From an uncultured Thermoplasmatales archaeon (GTDB lineage Archaea; Thermoplasmatota; E2; DHVEG-1), in the NCBI GenBank assembly GCA_964612945.1, contig CAZTFR010000003.1:842-56434 (forward strand): 55,593 nt of DNA. Direction: 5' to 3'. The position numbers were made by a program, and so were the translations under genes. Below are positions 1 through 9,606 of this stretch, one piece after another; within the stretch, counting starts at the first letter, position 1, and each line of letters opens with the position of its first letter. The notes beneath the pieces were generated by a model, which saw only the letters and a program-made list of their open reading frames with translations, ran no database searches and was not told the DNA's origin.

Positions 1-2
1 GA

Positions 3-2963
3 GAATACACCATGATCCGGCGAAATGCGACGGGATCGGCGGACTATCCAGCTGATCGCAGCAGCGGGGTGCTTGTAGCAAATACCACAAATTCATGGGC
101 AAATGATACCGGTCTGCGAGAGGGAGAGACCTACTACTACAGCATGTGGACGTTTGATACTGAAGGTAATAAATGGTGTGACAACCGGGTGACTGTGTTA
201 AGTGTCTCTGCCACCTATAAAGAAATTCTCACCCAAAGCAGAGATACCTATTCCCTTGAGATCAATAGCGATGGAGACACCTTATATGGGTATGTAAACA
301 CCACCGATCTTACCGCATCAATTGATACCAACTGGCATTATGTGGCACTCACCTATGATGCGTCATCGATGCGTCTGTACAAAGATGGCGTGCAGGTGAA
401 TTCCACCGCACTTGGTGTGTCACTACCTTCAGTTGATGATAATCTATCTATTGGTTCTGCCTTGACCGGCTATATCGATGAACTCCGCATCTCCAGTCAT
501 GCACGTTCTGCTGCATGGATTAACACGACCTATCAGAACATCGATGATCCCACCAGTTTCGCCCGGTTTAGCTCACCAGTAGGCGTGCTTTCCACATGGA
601 ATCACCGAAAGAAGATCACGGTGAACCGCAGTCAGATTGAGACCACCTTAAGTGAGTTTCCAATGCTTGTGTATAACAGCTCTGACAGCAATCTGAGCTC
701 TGATGCACTTGTCACTGGCAATGATATACTATTTATGAACACCTCTGAGGATTGGACGACAGGAACCTGGCGCAATAAGCTTGATCATGAAATCGAAAAA
801 TGGGACAGTGGCACCGGTGAGCTTGCCGCCTGGGTGCGCATGAGCACACTACAATCGGGAACCGACACTGAATTGTATATGTATTATGGAAACACGCTCT
901 GCAACGAAAATCATGAGAACGTGGAGGCAGTATGGGCTGATACCTATAAGATGGTGCATCATATGCAGGAATCCTCAGGAACAATTTACGATAGCACCAG
1001 TAATGGGAACAATGGAACCAATAGTGGCCCTGCAACAGCAAATACCTCCGGTAGTATTGATGGCTCATTTGATTTTGATGACAGCGGTGATTTCTTCACC
1101 ATTGGCAGTAGCCCAAATTTTGGCAGTACCAATTTTACGATTAGTCTCTGGGTGCAGGCGTATAGCATTGCAGATGGCACAAACCCTGATTGGTGTGATG
1201 CCGCGTTTTGCCGAGGTCTTACTGGGCTAAATAATGCAGGTGATTTTGCAATCTACATTGATGGCACCGGTATCGGCAGTGATTTTGAGCTGGATGTAGT
1301 GAATGCTTCTGGTACTAGGACGAATGGTATTGATACCGATGAGGCGATTTCTTTGAACACCTGGTATTTTGTATCCGCGTTGTATGATGGATCTGATATC
1401 AAGCTATACGTCAATGGTACCTACAAAAATAGTGCAACGGTAGGGACTATTGGGACGTCAAGTTCTGATTTGCTATTTGGTCGAACGATTGATAACCCAT
1501 CATATAGTAGTTGGTATTATGATCTGGATGGTGGTCTTGATGAGGTTCGAGTTGAGTATCTAGAGCGAAATAATAGCTGGCTGAATGCATCATTTGACAG
1601 TGTAATCAATAAGTCGAATAGTAGGTTTTTGAGTTTTGGAACGCAAGAGCGTCCTCCTCTAGCACCAATTCTGAGCAATCCAGATCCTGCAGATGGTGCC
1701 ACCGGACAGAGTACGAACCCCCGGTTGAGTATCACGGTGAATGATAATAATTCTGATGCAATGACAGTCACCTTCCGTACCAATGCCTCAGGATCCTGGG
1801 GGGATATTGGATCAAACGCAAGTGTCTATAATGGAACCTATAGTCAAGATCCCTCCAGTATGGGCAGTCAAAGCACCACCTATTACTGGAGTGTGAATTG
1901 TACCGATGGCAGTCTTTGGACCAATGCAACGTACAGCTTTACCACCTCTGCGGATTGGTGGAATACCAACTGGCAGTACCGAAAGCTGCTCACCATCAAT
2001 AGCTCTCAGGTAAATGCAAGCTTAACAAACTTCCCCATTCTAGTTGCAAACACCTCAGATACTGATCTGTCCAGCAATGCGCAGGCAGATGGAGATGACA
2101 TCGCCTTTGTACTATATTCAGATAATACGACACAGCTGAACCATGAAATTGAAAAATACACAAGTGGAACAGGTGAGATTTACTGTTGGGTGAATGTGAC
2201 CTTTGTAAACAGCTCATCTGATACAAAACTATGGATATATTACGGTAATGCCACCTGTGCAAGCCAGGAAAATGTAGCAGGTACCTGGGATAGTCATTAT
2301 GCAGGCGTCTGGCATCTCAATGAGACCAGCGGAAATCATCAAGATTCCACTTCGGGGAATCATTATGCAACACAGAATAATGGGGTGAATCAAAGTGCCA
2401 CCGGTATTGCAGACGGCGGTGACTGGTTCAACGGAACCGATCATTTCCTGAACACCTCTGAGTTTGCAATTGGTGGAACGGATCGTACCTTTGAAGTCTG
2501 GCTGAAACGACATGCCTGTGATAGCTATCGTGGGGTTTTGCTTCAAGATTTCATGATCGGTGGATCTGATACCGACCGGTTAAATGGCATAAAATTCTCT
2601 GCATCATCGACTAATTACATTGAATTCAACGTCGGCAATGGGTCCGACACTGATGCAGTTATTAGTACGGCAGCGCTTCAGACAGGCTGGCGGTTTGTTG
2701 TCTGTCGGATAAAAGGTGGTAATGAATTGCGTATCTATTTCGATGGCAATAATCAAACCTCTAAAGCAACCTCCATATTTCCGGAGACTGCCTCACGATA
2801 TGTTGAGTTTGGCCGACTTTATAGCAAATATTACTCAGGGACGATGGATGAGGCTCGAATCTCTGATATTGCTCGGAGTAGCAATTGGATTAACACCTGC
2901 TATAACACAATGACAAATACCACCACGTTTATCACCTATGGTGCTGAAGAATCACAATCATAA
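3..2963 (+). CDS. Large secreted/surface protein with DUF2341 and LamG (concanavalin A-like) domains; 5'-truncated by window edge
   Basis: Frame open upstream of the ATG at 12. Repeated W..RK.ITI...V...L..FP.LV / L.HEIEKW....G.L.AWV blocks (DUF2341) each followed by LamG motifs (WHYVALTYD..LY.DG, G.IDE.RIS..ARS..WI). Confidence 0.8.
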   Translation, partial: EYTMIRRNATGSADYPADRSSGVLVANTTNSWANDTGLREGETYYYSMWTFDTEGNKWCDNRVTVLSVSATYKEILTQSRDTYSLEINSDGDTLYGYVNTTDLTASIDTNWHYVALTYDASSMRLYKDGVQVNSTALGVSLPSVDDNLSIGSALTGYIDELRISSHARSAAWINTTYQNIDDPTSFARFSSPVGVLSTWNHRKKITVNRSQIETTLSEFPMLVYNSSDSNLSSDALVTGNDILFMNTSEDWTTGTWRNKLDHEIEKWDSGTGELAAWVRMSTLQSGTDTELYMYYGNTLCNENHENVEAVWADTYKMVHHMQESSGTIYDSTSNGNNGTNSGPATANTSGSIDGSFDFDDSGDFFTIGSSPNFGSTNFTISLWVQAYSIADGTNPDWCDAAFCRGLTGLNNAGDFAIYIDGTGIGSDFELDVVNASGTRTNGIDTDEAISLNTWYFVSALYDGSDIKLYVNGTYKNSATVGTIGTSSSDLLFGRTIDNPSYSSWYYDLDGGLDEVRVEYLERNNSWLNASFDSVINKSNSRFLSFGTQERPPLAPILSNPDPADGATGQSTNPRLSITVNDNNSDAMTVTFRTNASGSWGDIGSNASVYNGTYSQDPSSMGSQSTTYYWSVNCTDGSLWTNATYSFTTSADWWNTNWQYRKLLTINSSQVNASLTNFPILVANTSDTDLSSNAQADGDDIAFVLYSDNTTQLNHEIEKYTSGTGEIYCWVNVTFVNSSSDTKLWIYYGNATCASQENVAGTWDSHYAGVWHLNETSGNHQDSTSGNHYATQNNGVNQSATGIADGGDWFNGTDHFLNTSEFAIGGTDRTFEVWLKRHACDSYRGVLLQDFMIGGSDTDRLNGIKFSASSTNYIEFNVGNGSDTDAVISTAALQTGWRFVVCRIKGGNELRIYFDGNNQTSKATSIFPETASRYVEFGRLYSKYYSGTMDEARISDIARSSNWINTCYNTMTNTTTFITYGAEESQS

Positions 2964-3113
2964 ACTGTTTTGAAAACTTTGAAGTGATGAATGATGATTT
3001 AGATTTTTTTTCCGTCCGTACCCAAACAAGATACAATCGACAGATGAACTACGTTTTCATGGGTACGATACTCCTGATACTTTTTATACCACAACACAAT
3101 AACAAAACAATCT

Positions 3114-3431
3114 ATGTTACCATACTACAAAAAAATATTACAGCAGTTTAACTCCATCCCGGGCATAGTCATCGTTTATGGATCGGTAGCAACAGAACAT
3201 GCTCGGCCTGATTCTGATATCGATCTTGCCATTGTCTCTGATGATCCAACAGCAAAGATACAAGCAGAACAAATCGCTGATGCTATTCTGCTTTCTCATG
3301 GTCGGGTCGTTTCTATTTACTTTCTTTCTTTTCCTCGGTTGAAAAAACGAATACATGAACCATTTATACAAACTATTCTCAGAGGTGAAATACTCTATGG
3401 AAGAAAATTCCTTACAAGACTTAGTACATAA
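3114..3431 (+). CDS. Minimal nucleotidyltransferase (MNT) antitoxin-like protein
   Basis: 105 aa, YGSVA...DSDIDL Pol-beta NTase motif, overlaps downstream HEPN gene. Confidence 0.85.
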   Translation: MLPYYKKILQQFNSIPGIVIVYGSVATEHARPDSDIDLAIVSDDPTAKIQAEQIADAILLSHGRVVSIYFLSFPRLKKRIHEPFIQTILRGEILYGRKFLTRLST

Positions 3432-3810
3432 AGAACTTGATGCCGCAGCTGAGCGACTTGAAGCAGCGAAACTTCTCTATGCAGATGAAAAACTTGTTGA
3501 TGCAGTAAATAGAGCATATTTTGCTGTGTATCATGCAGGAAAAGCTCTTCTTCACTCCATTGGAAGAGATGTAAGGACCCCTGCAGGCTTAATCTCAGAA
3601 ATAGGATTTTATCTTGTTGAACGGGGCGGTATCGAAAAAAAATACGGCATCATCCTCAGAAGACTCTTTGAATCACGCGAAACATCAGATTACGTCATCG
3701 GAGCACTATTCACCCCGGAAGAAGTCAATACCATGATTAAGAACGCTGAATTGTTTCTTAAGATGGCCAAGCAGAAAACAACAGAATACCTTAAAAAATA
3801 TCATACCTAG
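3397..3810 (+). CDS. HEPN domain protein (UPF0332-like), partner of MNT
   Basis: A.NRAYFAVYHA.KALL and R..SDY motifs. Start moved to ATG 3397 behind a GAGGTGA Shine-Dalgarno. Confidence 0.85.
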   Translation: MEENSLQDLVHKELDAAAERLEAAKLLYADEKLVDAVNRAYFAVYHAGKALLHSIGRDVRTPAGLISEIGFYLVERGGIEKKYGIILRRLFESRETSDYVIGALFTPEEVNTMIKNAELFLKMAKQKTTEYLKKYHT

Positions 3811-3837
3811 TGGTGTTGGGATACAAATATTCTATTA

Positions 3838-3889
3838 GAAGGATTCACCGTCTTCAAATCAGAACCACTGCTCATTCTTTAACAAGAAT
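3838..3889 (+). pseudogene. Fragment of a degenerate copy of the 4750-5373 nucleotidyltransferase gene
   Basis: Translates EGFTVFKSEPLLIL*QE versus EGFTLLKSEPLLILKQQ at 5065-5115; differences mostly at third codon positions. Confidence 0.8.
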
Positions 3890-3892
3890 CGC

Positions 3893-4069
3893 CTCGGATG
3901 TCAGAAGCTGTTATTTTTCCAGAAGCAGAAGACGATAATACAACAGTGGTCCTTTTAAGAAGATCAGGTCTGCGATTTTCTGGGTATGCATCAACTGGAT
4001 GCTGAGAAATCTACTCACAAATCTTATGATTGTTCTCCCCTTTGATCTCCTTTCTTTCAACTGAGTCAT
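3893..4069 (-). pseudogene. Degenerate N-terminal copy of the 5377-5904 winged-helix regulator
   Basis: Minus strand gives KICE*ISQHP / MHTQKIADLIFLKGPLLYYRLLLLEK*QLLTS versus KIYQLISKHPGVHARKIAELLCLQGQLVDYHLQFLEKQKLITS, with stops and a frameshift. Confidence 0.75.
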
Positions 4070-4158
4070 GCTTTGTAACTATTTTTAATACTGCATTCCT
4101 AAATAAGATTCAAAAAAAGTTGAAACATTTGTAAATAAACAGTAAATATAGTTGAAAC

Positions 4159-4745
4159 ATGAAACGCATCGAACGCGTCTACTGCGAACTACTTATCAAA
4201 ACAGTGTTCAAAGAAACAGGCATCTTCACCCAGAAACAACTCGCCAAAGATTGCATTGTATCGCTGGGTCTAGTCAACTATGCACTTACCCCCCCCTTTC
4301 AAATATGGGGATCATCGAAAAAAAACAACGAAGTTTTACCCTCGTCAATCCAAAAAAGCTTCTTCTCTACTGGGCATCCATTCGATCATTACAAAACGAA
4401 ATTGTTTATACCACCTACCATCCCCAAAGCATACGAGAAATCGAAACCATGATGCCGCCCTGCGTTTTTACCGCCTACACTGCTTATAAACACATCTATC
4501 ATAGTACACCCGCGGACTACAGCGACATCTACGCCTACGCAGACCCAAACAAAATACAACAGCGATTTCCACCAAACCATTCGCCCCTTTCAAACATCTA
4601 CATCCTTAAACAGGATGCATACATTACGAAACGATCAAAAAAAGGCATCGCACCACCACCGCTAATCTATGTAGATCTCTGGAACCTTAACACCTGGTAT
4701 GCCACTGAATTCATTAAAGAATTCGACAACACCCTGGAGTTGTAA
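4159..4745 (+). pseudogene. wHTH + AbiEi-like (type IV TA antitoxin-like) gene split by a frameshift in a C8 tract at 4289-4296
   Basis: The N-terminal HTH (FTQKQLAKDC.VSLGLVNYAL) in one frame joins MGIIEKK...PKKLLLYWAS...IYVDLWN in another. A C6 or C9 tract restores one ~195-aa ORF. Confidence 0.7.
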
Positions 4746-4749
4746 ACAA

Positions 4750-5373
4750 ATGGAATTCTGGAATGATCTGGCTACCCAAAAAAGCTGGACTATTCTTAAA
4801 AAAATCAATACACATCTTCATTTCACCCTTATCGGCGACTGGGCTATTTACCTCTATACCAAGGCCATCAAATCCAAAGACATCGATATCATTCTCAGCT
4901 GGGATGATCTTGATACCATCAAAAAAAAGTATGATCCAAGAAAAAATGATCGACTTAAAAAATACGAAATCATCATAGATGATATCGATATTGATACCTA
5001 CCTTCCTCATTATTCACAACTCATCATCCCCTGTGAAGATCTGCAAACCATGACCATATCAAAAGAAGGGTTCACTCTCCTCAAATCAGAGCCACTACTC
5101 ATTCTCAAACAACAAGCACACCAAGCAAGACAACAGAGTCCAAAAGGACAAAAAGACCGCATCGACATCCTCTCACTTCTGCATTCAAACACCATAAATC
5201 CTCTTTACTACAACCACATTATCAAAAGATATGGTCTTCAAAACTTTGCTCAAAATCTAAAAAAAACAATTAAAACTGCAAATCAAGAATTCACCTATCT
5301 ACATATAACAAACCCTCGTACCATTAAACAATTAAAAGAACACTGGATAGAACAATTTTCTCAAACATCATAA
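4750..5373 (+). CDS. Nucleotidyltransferase, AbiEii-like (type IV TA toxin-like)
   Basis: LIG.WA.Y.Y....SKDIDI N-terminal motif, LK...R..KG.KD..D C-terminal motif, directly downstream of the AbiEi-like gene. Confidence 0.65.
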   Translation: MEFWNDLATQKSWTILKKINTHLHFTLIGDWAIYLYTKAIKSKDIDIILSWDDLDTIKKKYDPRKNDRLKKYEIIIDDIDIDTYLPHYSQLIIPCEDLQTMTISKEGFTLLKSEPLLILKQQAHQARQQSPKGQKDRIDILSLLHSNTINPLYYNHIIKRYGLQNFAQNLKKTIKTANQEFTYLHITNPRTIKQLKEHWIEQFSQTS

Positions 5374-5376
5374 GTC

Positions 5377-5904
5377 TTATGTTCTTTTCTCTTTCTTCAA
5401 CTTCTGTAACGCATCATCAAATCGATTCTGAGTAAAATAGGATTTATACTGAATGAGAAGTCGTATGATCTCTTCTGGGTTTGTCAGCTGAAAGCGTTTT
5501 TCTTTTCCCTGACGAGTAGCAGCAACCAAACCTTGCTTCCTTAACCTCTTTAAATGATACGACATTGTTGAAGGTGCAAGACCAAGTACTTCTAACAATT
5601 CACTGTTTAATGCGTTCGGATGCTCCAATAAATACAGCACGATGTGGAGCTCAGCTTTTCGTCGAAGCACAGACATCCAGACTTTTTCTTGTTGCCCGAG
5701 TTCTCCATGTAGGAAATACCGGCGGTAACCCTCCTGTCGGATAGAGGTGATCAGTTTTTGTTTTTCAAGAAACTGCAAATGATAATCTACAAGCTGACCC
5801 TGCAAGCAAAGGAGTTCTGCAATTTTCCGGGCATGTACCCCCGGGTGCTTTGAGATCAGCTGATAGATCTTCTGTCTGATATCTAACTCAAGTCCCTTAC
5901 TCAT
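5377..5904 (-). CDS. Double winged-helix (ArsR-like) transcriptional regulator
   Basis: R.KIY..I..HPG.H...I and LLEHP......L...L.LAPSTMSYHL..L tandem wHTH motifs. Confidence 0.85.
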   Translation of the reverse strand: MSKGLELDIRQKIYQLISKHPGVHARKIAELLCLQGQLVDYHLQFLEKQKLITSIRQEGYRRYFLHGELGQQEKVWMSVLRRKAELHIVLYLLEHPNALNSELLEVLGLAPSTMSYHLKRLRKQGLVAATRQGKEKRFQLTNPEEIIRLLIQYKSYFTQNRFDDALQKLKKEKRT

Positions 5905-6213
5905 GAGTCTCTCTCGTATGGTGCTAATGTCATCCTCAGATACAACTGCGATGATGCCACTTTCAAGATAAATGCGGCTTTCTTTTTTTTAGAAGTGATC
6001 AGTGATGTTGAAATCACAAACTAATACACTGCCAACATTTCTACAGTAGGAGAAATACACGCCGGTGATATAAGAGTTACCAAAAAAAATAAAATAAGTG
6101 TGGTGAGGTGTATTTAAACGGATGGTCTCTACCTATTCAATCTACGTAGACAAATGGTATCTAATAAAAAAAAAAATGAGAAAAACAAAAAAAAAAAGGA
6201 AAAAAAGGGGTGT

Positions 6214-6708
6214 TTATTCTGGTGGTTTGACCATACCGCGGAGATACCCAACGGGGCTGACGTAATCCGTGGCAACTGCAGCATCCTGATAGTAGGCCAC
6301 AGCGGTAAGATTATAGCCAAAATGGGTTCCCACAATGCTTACGTTAAAGCAGGCTTCAAAGGGTGCTTCATTGTCAACGACGGTTTCTTTGAGTTCACCC
6401 GTTTTTGTGTATGCAGAGAACTCGACGTAGTCGACATCACCAGAGGTGTTTGCTGCCATGCAGAGTTGTGGTTCGATAACAACGGCCCATCCATATTTCA
6501 CCAGAATATCCAGTTGGATGCTGCCGCCGATGGCATACAAATAGCCAATTTTTGGTTGGGTGATTTCAATGGCTTGGTCGTCTACGGTGGCAGGGTTTTC
6601 TCCTGCAACGAGCTGTTGCGGCATCTGAACCATGCCGGCGCTGCCAAGCATGCTGCCTATGACAAGAAGGCTGAACAACACCGCGATGGTTGGTCCTATT
6701 TTCTTCAT
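6214..6708 (-). CDS. Secreted protein consisting of a stand-alone Ig-like (Big_7-like) domain
   Basis: MKK + hydrophobic signal peptide, GGAGG SD. I.QP..GYLY...V.YVEF...D.EAPF resembles the C-terminus of the C1 peptidase at 41689. Confidence 0.7.
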   Translation of the reverse strand: MKKIGPTIAVLFSLLVIGSMLGSAGMVQMPQQLVAGENPATVDDQAIEITQPKIGYLYAIGGSIQLDILVKYGWAVVIEPQLCMAANTSGDVDYVEFSAYTKTGELKETVVDNEAPFEACFNVSIVGTHFGYNLTAVAYYQDAAVATDYVSPVGYLRGMVKPPE

Positions 6709-6879
6709 ATTTTATAACCTCCAATAATATGTTTTATCGTGTGATTTCTATACATTAACATATTTATTTATACTATATTAACATTGCTTGGAATGTATCG
6801 AAATCAAAAGGCAATTTGGGTGAAACGCCCTTTCACTCAATGAATACTAAAATCGTTAAGCTCTCTAAATGATGTGGTA

Positions 6880-7422
6880 TTATGCGACAATCAATACTGT
6901 GTCACATTCACCGGCGAAAAAGAAATATGACGGCATGAATCGAAACGGTTTTACCCGGGTGAGAAGAAACTGTCCGTCAAAGCCGGTAACAATCACCGTA
7001 TGAGAGGTGTTATAGAGCTGGTAAATACCATCTTCTTCAATGAAGGTAGAGTACTGAAAATTACGAGCGATCGGGACATCCGGAATAGTTTTACTGTAGC
7101 GAACAGAGAAGGTTAGATCTTGTATATCGATGGTGATATAGGGCAGCAGAAATTGGAGGTTTCGATTCTCAAGTAGATAGGAAATCACCTGCGTTTTAAA
7201 AATGGGTCCATCAATTAGAACAATGTCGGCGATCTCTAACCGTGGGGTAATAGGTCCATATGTTGAAATAATGGTTCGATTCTCATATAGGGGAGCCTCT
7301 GTTGTATCTATTTCAATAATGTGTTGTGTATCTTGTACATCGTCGAGTATCGTTGCGTTGCACACCCCGCTACAAAGGAAGAGAATCACAATCCCCAGTG
7401 CGGGAAACAGTGAATATTTCAT
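6880..7422 (-). CDS. Secreted hypothetical protein
   Basis: Start moved to ATG 7422 (GAGGGG SD), signal-peptide-like N-terminus MKYSLFPALGIVILFLCSG. Confidence 0.7.
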   Translation of the reverse strand: MKYSLFPALGIVILFLCSGVCNATILDDVQDTQHIIEIDTTEAPLYENRTIISTYGPITPRLEIADIVLIDGPIFKTQVISYLLENRNLQFLLPYITIDIQDLTFSVRYSKTIPDVPIARNFQYSTFIEEDGIYQLYNTSHTVIVTGFDGQFLLTRVKPFRFMPSYFFFAGECDTVLIVA

Positions 7423-7841
7423 GGTTTTCCCCCTCAAATTAATTTTTTTTCTAGTGTTCTTTATACTTCTCACCCTATTTAAATATATGCTCTATGATTA
7501 CGTGTAAAAAAAAGAATTATATTATTATAAATCTTTTAGATAATTATATGTTTCAGCCGGGAAACGTTTAAAATACCTATTTTTGAATACTTGTCTTTTT
7601 TTCGTGTTTTTCTCCCGGAAAAAGGTAAACTGAGTACTTCAGTGAAAACACAAACCTTTAAATATATTGATATTATATATATTACTAATCAAAAAATATA
7701 AAAAATAACAAAAAAGTTCGAGATCTCTTCAGGGGGAAAATATGTTCCAATGAGATTCATACCACTCCGTATGAATGGTATGATACTCGCAACTAAGACA
7801 GTCAAATGCTGTTTATTCCCCTCATTTAGAGGTGAAATACT

Positions 7842-9515
7842 ATGAGAAACCACAAAAAGATATATCTTTCAGCAATAACCTTGGTTATTGCCGGGCTAGT
7901 AATCACCAGCGCTGTGAGTCTTGCGGCACCCGTACCCACTGACAGCGTTAGCCGACACAAACAATTTTCCAAACAAATTACCATGCAACCAACTGATGTC
8001 GCCTTACAGAGCGCTCGTGCTCCGGCAATAAACGCAGACATGATTACCGTTGCTCCTGCAAAAACAATGAATCCCTTGGATACCAACCCTGCCTTTGAAT
8101 TACCCGATGATCAACTGCATCCGGGGTATGCACGCGTCGTCGCCGGCGATATTCATGTCGCTGCATACCGTACACCTGTCGAAGGTGTAGGAGATGTCAT
8201 ATGGACCTTTTCCACTGATGGTGGAGTTGCGTGGGATCTAGGAATCACCTTTCATATCCAAGGTGGTGCAGCCCTTGAAGGAGATTATCCTGCGGTCCGA
8301 CTCTGGGAAGGAAACCGATTTTTCGGAACCATGATTAGCCCGGGCTTCGGTGATGGCGCATTTATATTTACTCTTGATATCCCTGATCCAACCAATTACG
8401 AAACATGGGTTGGTGGAGGCGCCGATTGGTCCAGCCTCGGATTTTTCGACTGTCTCGATGTCGACATTGCCTGCGATAGCAGCCAGGAAGACTATGAATG
8501 GGGATTCAACTCCATGGTCATGAGCACCACCCATCCCAACGGTCCCATGAACGATGGCCCCTGTGCACAGTTTGCAGATCCAACCAATCCAAATCAGATC
8601 TACATTAGCTGGTTTGCTGTCGATGGCTGTTCAAACACCCGATTGGATATCGACCGACCAACCAAAAATGCCTACTTTGTCTACGATATAACCAACTCAG
8701 AGGTTGATGACAACTCGACCATATGGGTCCGACGGACAAACTTCGAAAACCCAACTGCTCAAGGAGCAACCGTTGGGGGAAATCTGGTCAGCAGTGGCTT
8801 AGGTAATTTGACTAACCCTGCAATTGCTGCCAATGGCGGTGTGCAGGTTATCCTTGCAGAAACCGATGCCTTCGGTGACAAAGACATTGTCTGCTTTGTC
8901 GGAGATATAGAAACCGGACTAGATGTTACCTTTCCCTTCGCCGATGCCGGAGATGAAGAATTCCCTGAGATTCGCTACATCCAAGATAACCGATACGTAG
9001 CCACTTTTTACAAGGATGGAAGCATGTACATGTCAGAAACAGAGGATCTTGGAGAAACCTGGACTGCCCCAACTCTTGTCGATGAAGCAGAAGGCGAACC
9101 AAAATACAACGACATCACTGAATTCGGCACCAAGACCATGTATCAAAAAGCTGGCGATGCCGATACTGATCTCTGGATTGCAGATTTGGCTGTCTACTAC
9201 ACACCCGATCTGTTCATTGAAGACATATCTGGTATTATTGGTGTCTCGGCAACTGTCAAAAACAACGAAACCGCAACAGCAAACGCAACCGGTGTCAAAA
9301 CCGTCATCAAAGTACAAGGAGGAATCCTTGGAAGAATTGATGTCGAAAAAGAAAATATCACCGGCCTTGATATCGGTGAATCGATCACCGTAAAAACAGA
9401 TATAATCTTCGGGCTCGGAAAAATCACCGTTGACGTCGATGTCACCTGCGATCAAGGAGTAGGAGCCGCGGAAACAAAATCAGGTTTCCAGGTGTTCATC
9501 TTCTCGATTGTATAA
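7842..9515 (+). CDS. Secreted Asp-box (BNR/sialidase-fold) protein with conserved C-terminal beta-sandwich domain, paralogue 1
   Basis: Signal peptide, Asp-boxes STDGGVAW and TEDLGETW, C-terminal GGILGRID...FGLGKITV domain, GAGGTGA SD. Confidence 0.7.
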   Translation: MRNHKKIYLSAITLVIAGLVITSAVSLAAPVPTDSVSRHKQFSKQITMQPTDVALQSARAPAINADMITVAPAKTMNPLDTNPAFELPDDQLHPGYARVVAGDIHVAAYRTPVEGVGDVIWTFSTDGGVAWDLGITFHIQGGAALEGDYPAVRLWEGNRFFGTMISPGFGDGAFIFTLDIPDPTNYETWVGGGADWSSLGFFDCLDVDIACDSSQEDYEWGFNSMVMSTTHPNGPMNDGPCAQFADPTNPNQIYISWFAVDGCSNTRLDIDRPTKNAYFVYDITNSEVDDNSTIWVRRTNFENPTAQGATVGGNLVSSGLGNLTNPAIAANGGVQVILAETDAFGDKDIVCFVGDIETGLDVTFPFADAGDEEFPEIRYIQDNRYVATFYKDGSMYMSETEDLGETWTAPTLVDEAEGEPKYNDITEFGTKTMYQKAGDADTDLWIADLAVYYTPDLFIEDISGIIGVSATVKNNETATANATGVKTVIKVQGGILGRIDVEKENITGLDIGESITVKTDIIFGLGKITVDVDVTCDQGVGAAETKSGFQVFIFSIV

Positions 9516-9560
9516 AGACCGCTAGAAAACCTACAACTATCATATAAAAAAACACCACCA

Positions 9561-9606
9561 ATCCTGAGGAATCCCACTTCTTCAGGATATCTCTCCTCTT
9601 TTTTTC
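9561..9606 (+). terminator. Hairpin plus U-tract terminator after paralogue 1
   Basis: ATCCTGAGGA/TCTTCAGGAT 10-bp stem followed by a pyrimidine/T run. Confidence 0.55.

Noticed and set aside
2984-3078. Box C/D sRNA (TGATGA ... CTGA) and CGTACCCA/TGGGTACG inverted repeat
   Set aside because: Spacing is too long, with no D'/C' boxes. An 8-bp inverted repeat alone is insufficient evidence.
3838-5115. Near-duplicate 50-bp segment as a DGR template/variable repeat pair
   Set aside because: Mismatches are not adenine-specific and are mostly synonymous, and no reverse transcriptase is present. Better explained as a decayed paralogue.
5905-6010. Third wHTH remnant or N-terminal extension upstream of 5904
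   Set aside because: Only a short LITS-like match, with a stop in an A8 run. Too weak to call.
6154-6717. 187-aa plus-strand ORF and the many other antisense or overlapping ORFs in the track
   Set aside because: These are shadows of better-supported genes with signal peptides, SD sites or family motifs. This one begins in poly-A terminator sequence.
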